Positions 10,327-19,957 of a stretch of 64,000 nt of DNA are shown here, piece by piece. The DNA comes from an uncultured Maribacter sp. (lineage in GTDB: Bacteria > Bacteroidota > Bacteroidia > Flavobacteriales > Flavobacteriaceae). The notes beneath the pieces were generated by a model. It did no database searches and was not told where the DNA came from. It worked only from the letters and a program-made list of their open reading frames with translations. The position numbers and the translations under genes were made by a program. The DNA lies in contig CAZKQM010000002.1 of the NCBI GenBank assembly GCA_964554895.1, positions 576 to 64,575 of the forward strand, written 5' to 3'. The first letter of the stretch is position 1, and every line of letters begins with the position of its first letter.

Positions 10327-11478
10327 GTGATACAGAGAATCTATTGTGTTTTCGTACTATTTCTGGGATCAATTCAGTTATTTTCTCAAGAGCCCGAGAC
10401 CAGTAATTTTAAACACTATTGCAGTAGCGGAGAAATTCCTGTAGCAAAACAACAGGCTAGTCAAGCTATTGGTAGCCAAAATGGTAGCGTTCTTGTTACT
10501 AATGAAACGAGACTTCAACAATTTTCAAATTCAGATAAGGCTTTACTGAAAAACAATCTTTATAAAGAAGATCAAGTCGCACAAGCTACTGAAATAAAAT
10601 CCTTTCTTAAAGGTGTCTCAGATGGTAGTGAAACACCAGAAGTTATTTATGATAGGTATATGAATTTGAGTAAATTAAATTCAAAAAATGCAGTACTGAT
10701 GTTAGATGCATTTTCCTTCATGAAAAATAAAGATGCTGTACTGGCAGATAAAGTTGTTTCTAATTTGGTAACACAAAATTCTGAAGATATTCAAGTACTA
10801 CAAATTGCTTCAAAGGTATATTCTGCGGCAGGAGATTATGAAAAAGTCTTAGCCTATAATGAAACCCTAGTTCGATTAGAACCCAATAACTTTAATGCTC
10901 ATTTAAATAGGGCTTTGGCGAAAAGAGAATTAGGTAAGTATCAAGAAGCCCTCCAAGACTTACTAGATCTCAATTCAAAGAATGAATATTTTTCGACCAC
11001 TGAATTAGGTTTGAAAAAAACAGTTACACGTGAAATAAAAAACCTAATTAGTAAACACAGGTCTGAATTGAATTTAAGTCAGGTTGACAAACATTATTTG
11101 GTAAACCTGAAATACAAAGCCAGATTAGTTTTTGAATGGAATATACCTGGCGCAGAATTTGAAATCCAATTTGTGAATCCGAAAAAAAGATTTTTTAGCT
11201 GGCAACATACTGCTACGGCCTTAGCGAATCGTTTGAAAAAGGAAGTTGCACATAATTACCGACTTGAAGAATATGAGATTTACGGCGATGATAATGGCGA
11301 ATGGGTAATTAATGCAAAATATTTAGGTAAAGAACAACTGACCGATGAGGTTCCGTTAGTTTTAAAGGCTTCTATTTATGAAAATTTTGGTTCTGCAGCA
11401 CAGACCAAAGAAGATATTGTAATTCACTTTACAAAGCCTGGTGAAAAAATAAATGTAAAAAGACTTATGCTTAAGTGA
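10327..11478 (+). CDS. Exported TPR protein with C-terminal YfaP/DUF2135-like domain; partial paralog of 11651
   Basis: TPR helices (AGDYEKVLAY...LEPNNFNAHLNRALA); RLVFEWN...QFVNP...YLG...LKASIYENFGS shared with the next gene. Confidence 0.7.
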   Translation: MIQRIYCVFVLFLGSIQLFSQEPETSNFKHYCSSGEIPVAKQQASQAIGSQNGSVLVTNETRLQQFSNSDKALLKNNLYKEDQVAQATEIKSFLKGVSDGSETPEVIYDRYMNLSKLNSKNAVLMLDAFSFMKNKDAVLADKVVSNLVTQNSEDIQVLQIASKVYSAAGDYEKVLAYNETLVRLEPNNFNAHLNRALAKRELGKYQEALQDLLDLNSKNEYFSTTELGLKKTVTREIKNLISKHRSELNLSQVDKHYLVNLKYKARLVFEWNIPGAEFEIQFVNPKKRFFSWQHTATALANRLKKEVAHNYRLEEYEIYGDDNGEWVINAKYLGKEQLTDEVPLVLKASIYENFGSAAQTKEDIVIHFTKPGEKINVKRLMLK

Positions 11479-11613
11479 AACTTGTTTCATTCTAGTCTTT
11501 TTTCTGATTTTATAGGTTCACAATGTGTTTTTATTTCAGATAGTTATTGTTTGTGCGATTCTAAAGGTAAATTATTAATTTTTTAACAATAAAAGGTAAA
11601 AAAAGCCGATTAA

Positions 11614-11628
11614 CGGCACGAAATTTGT
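11614..11628 (+). promoter_or_regulatory. Possible sigma54 (-24/-12) promoter
   Basis: CGGCAC-GAAAT-TTGT vs consensus TGGCAC-N5-TTGC, about 22 nt before the ATG at 11651. Confidence 0.45.
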
Positions 11629-11650
11629 TGCTTTTTCAAGAACTCTAAAA

Positions 11651-13456
11651 ATGAATATTATGAAAAAATTTGGCACATTTTTATTCTGCTTCCTCTTAGT
11701 TCAATTGACTTCTTATGGTCAAGAAAATGAACGTATACTAAAAGGAAAAGTTACTGATGGTAAGAATCCTATAGAAAATGTAGCCATTGCCATTCAAGAT
11801 AAAACACCTACAACGAAAACTGATGTTGAAGGTTATTATCAAATAAATGTGTCTACTGGTGATGTGGTTACCTATTCTTTTGTTGGTTTGAAAACAGTTT
11901 CAATAAAGATTGAAGATGTGACCCGAATTCTTAATCCGGTAATGTTGCCCGATGTTACAGAATTGGATGAGGTTGTGGTAGAGGCTAGCAGGCGGCGCTC
12001 ACAAAAAGATATGGAAGAAGATTACCCCATCAACAAAAGAATAATTAGAACTGCTTGGGGCTATTTAGATGCCGATCGTGCGGCTGGTAATATTCGTATG
12101 ATGTCAGAAGATGAAATAAATCCTATTTCATTATGTATACTTGATTTAATCAGAAATAGATTTCCAGGTGTACGTGTAATTGGTTCTTGTACTACGGGTG
12201 GTTCCCTTTCAGATTTTGGTATAGGCAGTCAAAACCTTCAAGTAGGAGGTTCAGTAATCATAAGAGGGTTACAGAGTTTGGCGAGTTCATCACCTGCAAT
12301 TTTTGATGTAGATGGTCAGATTTTTACAGATACCCCTATTTGGATTGATGTGAATAGCATAAAGCGTATTGCTATTCTATATAATTTGGCTACTACAGCT
12401 ACGTACGGTAGTCTTGGGCGTGGGGGTGTAATTGTTATAAATACGTTTGGAGGAAATCCTCAAAACGGAGAAATTGTTGATCGTGCACGTTTGAAAAATA
12501 ATTTTTTAAAAAGTAAAGTTTTAACAAAAAGCGAAGTCGCCGACAATACGCCCCAATATATGCAAGAATTACAGGGGAGTTCAACAATTGAAGAAGCAAA
12601 AGCCGTATATCAAAAATTCAATAATCGATATAGTAGTAGTCCGTATTTCTTTATTGATGCCAGTAAATATTTTCATGATAAATGGGAAGACGTCTCTTTT
12701 GCAGATGAAATTATTGACAATAATTCAAACGCCTTCAAGGGTAATGCGGTATTATTAAAAGCATTGGCGTACAACTATGAAGAACAGGGTCGTTTTAAAA
12801 AGGCGAATAAAGCCTATAAAGATGCGTTTATTTTAAGACCTAATTACGCTCAGAGTTATTTAGATATGGCGAATAGCTATCGCAATATTAATGAAGTCAA
12901 ACAAGCGACTTCATTATATGCACGTTATGAGTACTTGATACAAGAAGGATTTTTAGAGCGTGATACAGTTGGTTTTGAGCCCATTTTCAATAGAGAATAT
13001 AATAATCTTCTGATGTTGAATAAAAGAGCTGTTGTTAAAGGTAATAAGTCAAAGAATCTCTATATCGCTAAAGAATCTTTTGAGGGTACACGTTTGGTTT
13101 TTGAATGGAATGATAGTGAAGCTGAATTTGATTTACAATTTGTGAATCCTGGAAATCAATACCATACTTGGAAGCATAGCTTGGCAGATAATTCAGAGAC
13201 CATTGCCCTTGAAAAAGAATATGGGTATAACACGACTGAATATTTATTAGATGGTTCATTACCTGGTAAATGGAAAGTCAATGTGAATTACTTAGGTAAT
13301 AAGAGTTTAACGCCTACTTATTTAAAGGCAACCATTTATCGTAATTATGGCTCAAAGTCGCAACGTAAAGAAGTAAAAGTGTTCAAACTATCTTTAAAGA
13401 ATGTAAATCATGAACTGTTTAATCTTATAAGTTCTACTGGACTTTCTGTGAATTGA
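11651..13456 (+). CDS. Exported protein: carboxypeptidase-regulatory-like domain + TonB plug + TPR + YfaP/DUF2135-like domain
   Basis: LKGKVTDG...ELDEVVV; AIFDVDG...TYGSLGRGGVIVINT; TPR (QGRFKKANKAYKDAFILRPNYAQSY); RLVFEWN C-terminal domain; no beta-barrel. Confidence 0.75.
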   Translation: MNIMKKFGTFLFCFLLVQLTSYGQENERILKGKVTDGKNPIENVAIAIQDKTPTTKTDVEGYYQINVSTGDVVTYSFVGLKTVSIKIEDVTRILNPVMLPDVTELDEVVVEASRRRSQKDMEEDYPINKRIIRTAWGYLDADRAAGNIRMMSEDEINPISLCILDLIRNRFPGVRVIGSCTTGGSLSDFGIGSQNLQVGGSVIIRGLQSLASSSPAIFDVDGQIFTDTPIWIDVNSIKRIAILYNLATTATYGSLGRGGVIVINTFGGNPQNGEIVDRARLKNNFLKSKVLTKSEVADNTPQYMQELQGSSTIEEAKAVYQKFNNRYSSSPYFFIDASKYFHDKWEDVSFADEIIDNNSNAFKGNAVLLKALAYNYEEQGRFKKANKAYKDAFILRPNYAQSYLDMANSYRNINEVKQATSLYARYEYLIQEGFLERDTVGFEPIFNREYNNLLMLNKRAVVKGNKSKNLYIAKESFEGTRLVFEWNDSEAEFDLQFVNPGNQYHTWKHSLADNSETIALEKEYGYNTTEYLLDGSLPGKWKVNVNYLGNKSLTPTYLKATIYRNYGSKSQRKEVKVFKLSLKNVNHELFNLISSTGLSVN

Positions 13457-13480
13457 TTTTTATTTAATTTTTTCAATTTA

Positions 13481-14620
13481 GTGACATTAATGCGAACCTT
13501 TTTATGTCTAATTTTTTGTTTCAATATACAAATCATTAATGGTCAAATTGATTACAGCAGTAGCATTATTGATTCCAAAACTAATGAGCCTGTTGCCTTC
13601 GTAAACATCGGAATTATTGATTCAGGTATCGGCACAGTTAGTGATGAAAACGGTCACTTTAGTTTGCATTTAAAACCGAATAGCTATGAGCCAAATTCAA
13701 AAATTATTTTTTCGGCTTTAGGGTATGAAACCCGTTTTATTCCTGTTTCTAATCTTAATTCAGTTACTGGCTCGAACGCTGAAATTTCACTCATACCAAA
13801 GTCCTTAGAACTTAATGAAGTTGTAGTTTCTAACAAAAAAGGACGATTTATTAATGATCATATTGGATACCGTAATTATGGCCAAAAAAATTACGGTTAT
13901 TGGAAAGATAATATTGCCTTAGGCGGAGAATTAGCGACCCGAATTATTGCTAAAAGCGGCCTGCGTAGGTTAAATACTTTTGAGTTTCAAGTACGGCAAA
14001 ACCCCTCTGATAGTTTGTTGTTGCGAGTAAACATTTACGAAGATGATGGCCCCGTAGGAAAACCGAAAACAAACTTGAATGCTTCAGGTAAAAATATTCT
14101 AGTTACTCTAAAAAGAGATAAATTGGTACGGGTAGATTTGCGACCTTATGATATATATACCAAGGATGATTTTATAGTATCCTTAGAGCTGCTTAAGGTT
14201 TATGGTCAGAATGAACTTGACTTGATTTTATTTGCTTCCTATACCAATTATGGTTCATTTAGAAAATATGCCAGTCAAGATAAGTGGGAAGAACTATCTG
14301 ATTTAAACATGGCGTTTTATATTGAGTCTGAATTGTTAGTTTCAGAAAAGCAGGCAGCCCGTTTTGATAAACGAATTGAGAAAAAAGCAAAAAGACAAAG
14401 AACACTTTCCGGCTTTGTAATTATGAAAGGTAAAATGATTTCAAATGTCAATGTTTATAATAATACAACAAAAAAAGAGGTAATTTCAGATGAAAGTGGA
14501 CGCTATATTATTGCCGTAAATGAGGGCGATATACTTACTTTTTCAAAAGAGGGCTTAAAAGATTTCAGTTTCAGAGTCACTGAAAAACTCACCCAAAATG
14601 CATTAATGAAAATGAATTAA
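13481..14620 (+). CDS. Exported protein with carboxypeptidase-regulatory-like domains at both ends
   Basis: IIDSKTNEPVAFVNIG...GTVSDENGHF...ELNEVVV; C-terminal LSGFV...SDESGRYII...GDILTFS. Confidence 0.7.
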   Translation: MTLMRTFLCLIFCFNIQIINGQIDYSSSIIDSKTNEPVAFVNIGIIDSGIGTVSDENGHFSLHLKPNSYEPNSKIIFSALGYETRFIPVSNLNSVTGSNAEISLIPKSLELNEVVVSNKKGRFINDHIGYRNYGQKNYGYWKDNIALGGELATRIIAKSGLRRLNTFEFQVRQNPSDSLLLRVNIYEDDGPVGKPKTNLNASGKNILVTLKRDKLVRVDLRPYDIYTKDDFIVSLELLKVYGQNELDLILFASYTNYGSFRKYASQDKWEELSDLNMAFYIESELLVSEKQAARFDKRIEKKAKRQRTLSGFVIMKGKMISNVNVYNNTTKKEVISDESGRYIIAVNEGDILTFSKEGLKDFSFRVTEKLTQNALMKMN

Positions 14621-14623
14621 CTT

Positions 14624-16252
14624 TTAGACCTGTAAAACCCCCATATTAAAGGGCTTTTCAATAGGAGCATGATTCGCTGCCTCAATACCTAAACTAATCC
14701 ATTTACGGGTGTCTGTTGGCTCAATTACAGCATCGGTCCATAATCTTGCTGCCGCATAGTATGGCGATACCTGATGGTCATAACGATCTTTTATTTTGCT
14801 AAATAATTCTTCTTCTTTAGCTGCTGTTATTTCTTCTCCTTTCTTTTTTAGTGATGCTTTTTCAATTTGCAGTAAAACTTTAGCTGCTGAATTTCCGCTC
14901 ATTACTGCTAACTCGGCACTTGGCCATGCAACAATTAATCTTGGGTCATACGCTTTTCCACACATGGCATAATTTCCGGCCCCATAACTGTTTCCTATGA
15001 CCACCGTAAATTTCGGAACTACAGAATTACTTACGGCATTAACCATTTTAGCACCATCTTTAATAATACCGCCATGTTCACTTTTACTTCCTACCATAAA
15101 TCCTGTAACATCCTGTAAAAAAACTAAAGGAATTTTCTTTTGATTACAATTGGCAATAAATCGTGTCGCTTTGTCTGCAGAATCAGAATAAATAACACCA
15201 CCGAATTGCATTTCACCTTGAGCATTTTTTACCACCTTACGTTGATTCGCAACAATGCCCACAGCCCAACCATCGATTCTAGCGTAACCTGTTAAGATTG
15301 TTTTACCATAGTCTTCTTTGTATTCTTCAAAATCAGAATCATCAACCAAACGGTTGATAATTTCGCGCATATCATATTGATCAGCTCTTGACGCCGGTAA
15401 AACTCCGAACACATCTTCAATTTTTTCTTTGGGTTGTTTTGATTTTACTCGATTATAACCAGCTTTTTCAAAATCGCCAATTTTATCTACAATACTTTTA
15501 ATTTTATCTAAAGCATCTTTGTCATCTTTAGCCTTATAATCAGTAACGCCACTTATTTCACAATGTGTGGTAGCCCCACCAAGAGTTTCGTTGTCAATGG
15601 TTTCGCCTATAGCGGCTTTTACCAAATAACTACCCGCAAGAAAAATACTTCCGGTTTTATCAACAATTAAGGCCTCATCACTCATAATGGGTAAATAAGC
15701 GCCACCAGCTACACAGCTACCCATAACAGCAGAAATTTGGATAATACCCATACTGCTCATTACTGCATTATTTCTAAAAATTCTTCCAAAATGTTCTTTG
15801 TCTGGAAAAATTTCATCTTGCATAGGCAGGTATACTCCAGCACTATCTACCAAATAAATAATGGGCAGTTTGTTTTCAATAGCAATTTCTTGCGCTCTTA
15901 AATTTTTCTTACCCGTAATAGGAAACCATGCGCCAGCCTTTACGGTGGCGTCATTTGCGACAACGATGCATTGCTTTCCTGAAATATGACCTATTTTGAT
16001 AACTACGCCACCTGATGGGCATCCGCCATGCTCTTCATACATGCCTTCGCCAACCAAAGCTCCTATTTCAATACTCTCTTTGTCTGAGTCGAGAAGGTAA
16101 GTAATTCGCTCACGTGCGGTCATTTTTCCTTTAGCATGGTGCTTTTCAATACGGGATTTACCACCACCTAATTTGACTTTTGCCAGCCTTTTGTTTAAGG
16201 CCGATACTAACATCTTGTTGTGATCTTCGTTTTTGTTGAATTTAAGGTCCAT
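14624..16252 (-). CDS. Acyl-CoA carboxylase beta (carboxyltransferase) subunit, methylcrotonyl-CoA carboxylase-like
   Basis: VANDATVKAG, CVAGGAY, FLQDVTGFMVG, GAGNYAMCG; TATCTTTG box on the minus strand at 16275-16282. Confidence 0.92.
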   Translation of the reverse strand: MDLKFNKNEDHNKMLVSALNKRLAKVKLGGGKSRIEKHHAKGKMTARERITYLLDSDKESIEIGALVGEGMYEEHGGCPSGGVVIKIGHISGKQCIVVANDATVKAGAWFPITGKKNLRAQEIAIENKLPIIYLVDSAGVYLPMQDEIFPDKEHFGRIFRNNAVMSSMGIIQISAVMGSCVAGGAYLPIMSDEALIVDKTGSIFLAGSYLVKAAIGETIDNETLGGATTHCEISGVTDYKAKDDKDALDKIKSIVDKIGDFEKAGYNRVKSKQPKEKIEDVFGVLPASRADQYDMREIINRLVDDSDFEEYKEDYGKTILTGYARIDGWAVGIVANQRKVVKNAQGEMQFGGVIYSDSADKATRFIANCNQKKIPLVFLQDVTGFMVGSKSEHGGIIKDGAKMVNAVSNSVVPKFTVVIGNSYGAGNYAMCGKAYDPRLIVAWPSAELAVMSGNSAAKVLLQIEKASLKKKGEEITAAKEEELFSKIKDRYDHQVSPYYAAARLWTDAVIEPTDTRKWISLGIEAANHAPIEKPFNMGVLQV

Positions 16253-16324
16253 TCAGCTTGCTTTCATTCTTAAACAAAGATAAGAAGAGAATTTGATTAC
16301 ATTTGAAGTTCTCAATTTTCAATT

Positions 16325-17320
16325 ATGGAAAATATGGTCAGATGGGGCATTGTTGGACCCGGAAAAATTGCAAAAAGTTTTGCTGAAGATCTTCAATTAG
16401 TTGAAGACGGACGACTTAACGCAGTAGCTTCACGAAGTAAAGATCGAGCTAAACAATTTGCAAAAGAATATAATGCACCCTATTTTTTTGGTTCTTATGA
16501 TGCGCTTTTTAAATCTGATATAGTTGATGTTATTTACATTGCTACCCCTCATGATTCACATTATGAATTGACTCTTAAAGCCTTAAATCATGGTAAAGCA
16601 GTGCTTTGTGAAAAACCCATGGGCATCAACAAAAAGGAAGTGGAGCAAATGGTAAAAGCTGCAAAAGAAAATAAGATGTTCTTAATGGAAGGACTTTGGA
16701 GTAGGTTTAACCCAGCCATTCAAAAAGTTAAACAATTAGTAGACCAAGGCGAAATAGGAAATTTAGAGTACCTACATGCTGACTTTGCTTTTCATGCACT
16801 TGATAGAGATGAAAAAGGAAGATTGCTAAACCTAAATTTAGCAGGAGGTTCACTACTTGATATAGGAATATATCCCATATTCCTTTCCTATTTGTTATTA
16901 GGTATGCCTAAAGCCATTAAAGCAAGTTCAAGATTTTATAAAACCGGTGTTGAAATTCAGACTTCTATGATTTTTGAATATGATAATGCGCAATCAATTT
17001 TATATAGTGGTCTAACTTCTAAAAGTGAAATGAGAGCTGAGATTTCAGGTCAACTGGGATCTTTGTTTTTGAAACCCAGATGGCATGAATCAGATGGTTA
17101 TACGAATGAGCAAGATGGCAAAGCAATAGAAATTGACCTTCCAAAAAGTGGGCTTGGGTATGTGCATGAAATTGAAGAAGTACATCAATGCATAAAAAAT
17201 AACAAGCTTCAAAGTTCTTTATGGAGCCATCAAAATAGTCTTGATTTAATAACATTGTTAGATACGGTTAGAAGAGAAACAGGCATTACTTTTCCTTTCG
17301 AAGAACAAAAAAATATTTAA
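16325..17320 (+). CDS. Gfo/Idh/MocA family oxidoreductase
   Basis: WGIVGPGKIA, YIATPH, LCEKP, GGSLLDIGIY. Confidence 0.92.
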   Translation: MENMVRWGIVGPGKIAKSFAEDLQLVEDGRLNAVASRSKDRAKQFAKEYNAPYFFGSYDALFKSDIVDVIYIATPHDSHYELTLKALNHGKAVLCEKPMGINKKEVEQMVKAAKENKMFLMEGLWSRFNPAIQKVKQLVDQGEIGNLEYLHADFAFHALDRDEKGRLLNLNLAGGSLLDIGIYPIFLSYLLLGMPKAIKASSRFYKTGVEIQTSMIFEYDNAQSILYSGLTSKSEMRAEISGQLGSLFLKPRWHESDGYTNEQDGKAIEIDLPKSGLGYVHEIEEVHQCIKNNKLQSSLWSHQNSLDLITLLDTVRRETGITFPFEEQKNI

Positions 17321-17387
17321 CGATTATCATTCATTGATTTTTACGATATTTGACACCACCGAACTATCAACCTAAAAACCATTAATC

Positions 17388-17570
17388 ATGGCAATGAATA
17401 AAAACACAGTACTCAGTTGGGCAACTTTAATTATGATTATTGTTGGTCTTGGCTTAATAGCGCTCGGGGCTTTTAGATATCATGAAGTAGCGGGCTATGG
17501 CTTTGCAGCTGTAGGAGTAGGTTTTTTTGCTATCGCTTGGGTTTTCAATGCCCTCAAGGGAAGAGTTTAA
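17388..17570 (+). CDS. Small two-TM membrane protein (resembles the Flavobacteriaceae CAL67264 family)
   Basis: 60 aa with two hydrophobic helices, A-rich start context, directly upstream of ettA. Confidence 0.75.
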   Translation: MAMNKNTVLSWATLIMIIVGLGLIALGAFRYHEVAGYGFAAVGVGFFAIAWVFNALKGRV

Positions 17571-17621
17571 AAAGCCTAAGAGTTTTAATTTCCATTATCC
17601 AGAACCTAACAAATTATACTT

Positions 17622-19313
17622 ATGTCTGACGATAAGAAAGTCATTTTCTCAATGTCTGGTGTTACCAAGACCTTCAAAACAGCCAATACACCGGTGCTCA
17701 AAAATATTTATTTAAGCTTTTTTTACGGAGCTAAAATTGGAATTTTAGGTTTAAACGGTTCTGGTAAATCTACCCTTTTAAAGATTATTGCGGGTGTAGA
17801 TAAAAATTATCAAGGGGATGTTGTTTTTTCTCCGGGATATAAGGTAGGTTATCTTGAACAAGAACCGCAATTAGATGAAAACAAAACGGTTTTAGAAGTT
17901 GTTAAAGAAGGCGTAGCCGAAACCGTTGCCATTTTAGATGAGTACAATAAAATAAATGACATGTTTGGTTTGCCAGAAGTCTATGAGGATGCTGATAAGA
18001 TGCAAAAACTTATGGACAAGCAAGCGGGTTTACAAGATCAGATAGATGCCCTAAATGCGTGGGAACTAGATACTAAACTTGAAATCGCTATGGATGCCTT
18101 GCGCACCCCTGATTCTGATAAAAAAATTGGGGTTTTATCGGGTGGAGAAAGACGGCGTGTTGCGCTGTGTAGATTATTATTGCAAGAACCTGAAATATTA
18201 CTACTTGATGAACCTACCAACCATTTAGATGCAGAGTCAGTACATTGGTTAGAACATCATTTAGCACAATACAAAGGCACCGTTATTGCTGTTACTCATG
18301 ATCGTTATTTCTTAGATAATGTAGCTGGTTGGATTCTTGAACTCGATAGAGGAGAGGGCATACCTTGGAAAGGAAATTATTCAAGTTGGTTAGATCAAAA
18401 ATCAAAACGCTTAGCACAAGAAAATAAACAAGCCTCTAAACGTCAAAAAACTTTAGAACGTGAGCTTGATTGGGTTCGTCAAGGTGCCAAGGGGCGTCAA
18501 ACAAAGCAAAAGGCACGTTTGAAGAATTATGACAAATTGATGAGTCAGGATCAAAAACAACTTGATGAAAAATTAGAAATATACATTCCCAATGGTCCAA
18601 GATTGGGTACTAATGTTATTGAATGTACAGGGGTTAGTAAAGGCTTTGACGACAAGCTCTTGTATGAAGATTTAAACTTCAATTTACCACAAGCAGGTAT
18701 TGTTGGTGTTATTGGTCCCAATGGTGCAGGTAAGACCACCATATTCAGAATGATTATGGGCGAGCAACAACCTGATAAAGGGGAGTTTAAAGTGGGCGAT
18801 ACTGCCAAAATAGCCTATGTTGATCAGAGTCATTCAAATATAGACCCTGATAAAACTATTTGGCAGAATTTTAGTGACGAACAAGAACTGGTTATGATGG
18901 GTGGCAGACAAGTTAATTCTAGGGCTTATTTGAGTCGTTTTAATTTTTCAGGCAGTGAGCAAAATAAAAAAGTGAATATGCTATCAGGGGGCGAAAGAAA
19001 CCGTTTGCACTTGGCAATGACCCTAAAAGAAGAAGGTAATGTATTGCTGCTTGATGAACCCACTAATGATTTAGATGTCAATACTTTACGAGCATTGGAA
19101 GAAGGGCTTGAAAACTTCGCAGGTTGCGCTGTGGTTATTTCACATGATCGTTGGTTTTTAGATCGTATTTGTACCCATATACTATCTTTTGAAGGAGATT
19201 CACAAGTATACTTTTTTGAAGGTTCTTTTTCTGATTATGAAGAGAATAAGAAAAAACGTTTAGGCGGCGATTTGATTCCGAAAAGAATCAAATACAAAAA
19301 ACTTATTCGTTAA
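17622..19313 (+). CDS. ettA: ABC-F energy-dependent translational throttle protein EttA
   Basis: Two ABC domains (GLNGSGKS, GPNGAGKT, LSGGE, LLLDEPTN); ELDWVRQGAKGRQTKQKARL linker; no TM. Confidence 0.95.
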   Translation: MSDDKKVIFSMSGVTKTFKTANTPVLKNIYLSFFYGAKIGILGLNGSGKSTLLKIIAGVDKNYQGDVVFSPGYKVGYLEQEPQLDENKTVLEVVKEGVAETVAILDEYNKINDMFGLPEVYEDADKMQKLMDKQAGLQDQIDALNAWELDTKLEIAMDALRTPDSDKKIGVLSGGERRRVALCRLLLQEPEILLLDEPTNHLDAESVHWLEHHLAQYKGTVIAVTHDRYFLDNVAGWILELDRGEGIPWKGNYSSWLDQKSKRLAQENKQASKRQKTLERELDWVRQGAKGRQTKQKARLKNYDKLMSQDQKQLDEKLEIYIPNGPRLGTNVIECTGVSKGFDDKLLYEDLNFNLPQAGIVGVIGPNGAGKTTIFRMIMGEQQPDKGEFKVGDTAKIAYVDQSHSNIDPDKTIWQNFSDEQELVMMGGRQVNSRAYLSRFNFSGSEQNKKVNMLSGGERNRLHLAMTLKEEGNVLLLDEPTNDLDVNTLRALEEGLENFAGCAVVISHDRWFLDRICTHILSFEGDSQVYFFEGSFSDYEENKKKRLGGDLIPKRIKYKKLIR

Positions 19314-19790
19314 TTATTCTTTAGAATATTTCAAATCTAATTTCATTTTCACATCACTGCGTTTATAGGGTAAGTCTTTTTCTAAGGCAATATGTTTAAA
19401 TCCGTATTTTCTATAAATATGTAATGCACTAGGCAGTTTTGTGCTCGAGTAGAGAACAAGAGCATCCCAATTACTGGTTTTGGCAAAAGAAATAGCATGC
19501 TGAAGTAATTGTTGACCAAATTTTTGACCTTGATACTCTTCTGCTATTGCCATCTTTCCCAATTCATATATAGCATCAGCATAAGGTTGTAAAGAATAAC
19601 ATCCTACCACTTTAGAATGCAAGGTAGCCATGAATATGAACCCCCCTTTATCTAAAACATATTTTTGACTATCATTGAGTAACTCTTTGTCTTTTTCTTC
19701 GACAAAAAAGAATTTTTCTAATCAATTGAAATTTAAATCTCTAAAAAGATTAGCATGTTTTGGTTCGAAAGGTATAATTTTTAATGGCAT
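19314..19790 (-). pseudogene. GNAT acetyltransferase interrupted by an in-frame TGA at codon 23 (19724-19722)
   Basis: Reading from ATG 19790: MPLKIIPFEPKHANLFRDLNFN*LEKFFFVEEKDKELL...GGFIFMATL, in frame with the 105-aa ORF carrying ELGKMAI...YQGQKFG...YRKYGF. Confidence 0.75.
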
Positions 19791-19957
19791 GCTTTTGAGG
19801 AGGTTAAGGCGTTCAATGCTACTATTTGTCAGCACTAAGCACTTAATAAATATAATTTTTTTAATTTTATAAAGTCTAAGAACAACAAAGAACCGTATAT
19901 ATTTTGTTGAATAAGAATAATATTCAGCTTTAATACAAGCTTTTTAATTTTAAAATT

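Noticed and set aside
19722-19724. Genome-wide TGA recoding or selenocysteine
   Set aside because: Other genes end normally in TGA, RF2 is intact, the expected residue is Trp, and I see no SECIS-like hairpin.
19785-19800. TGGCATGCTTTTGA as a sigma54 promoter for 19958
   Set aside because: Spacing is one base short and it coincides with the GNAT start codon on the other strand.
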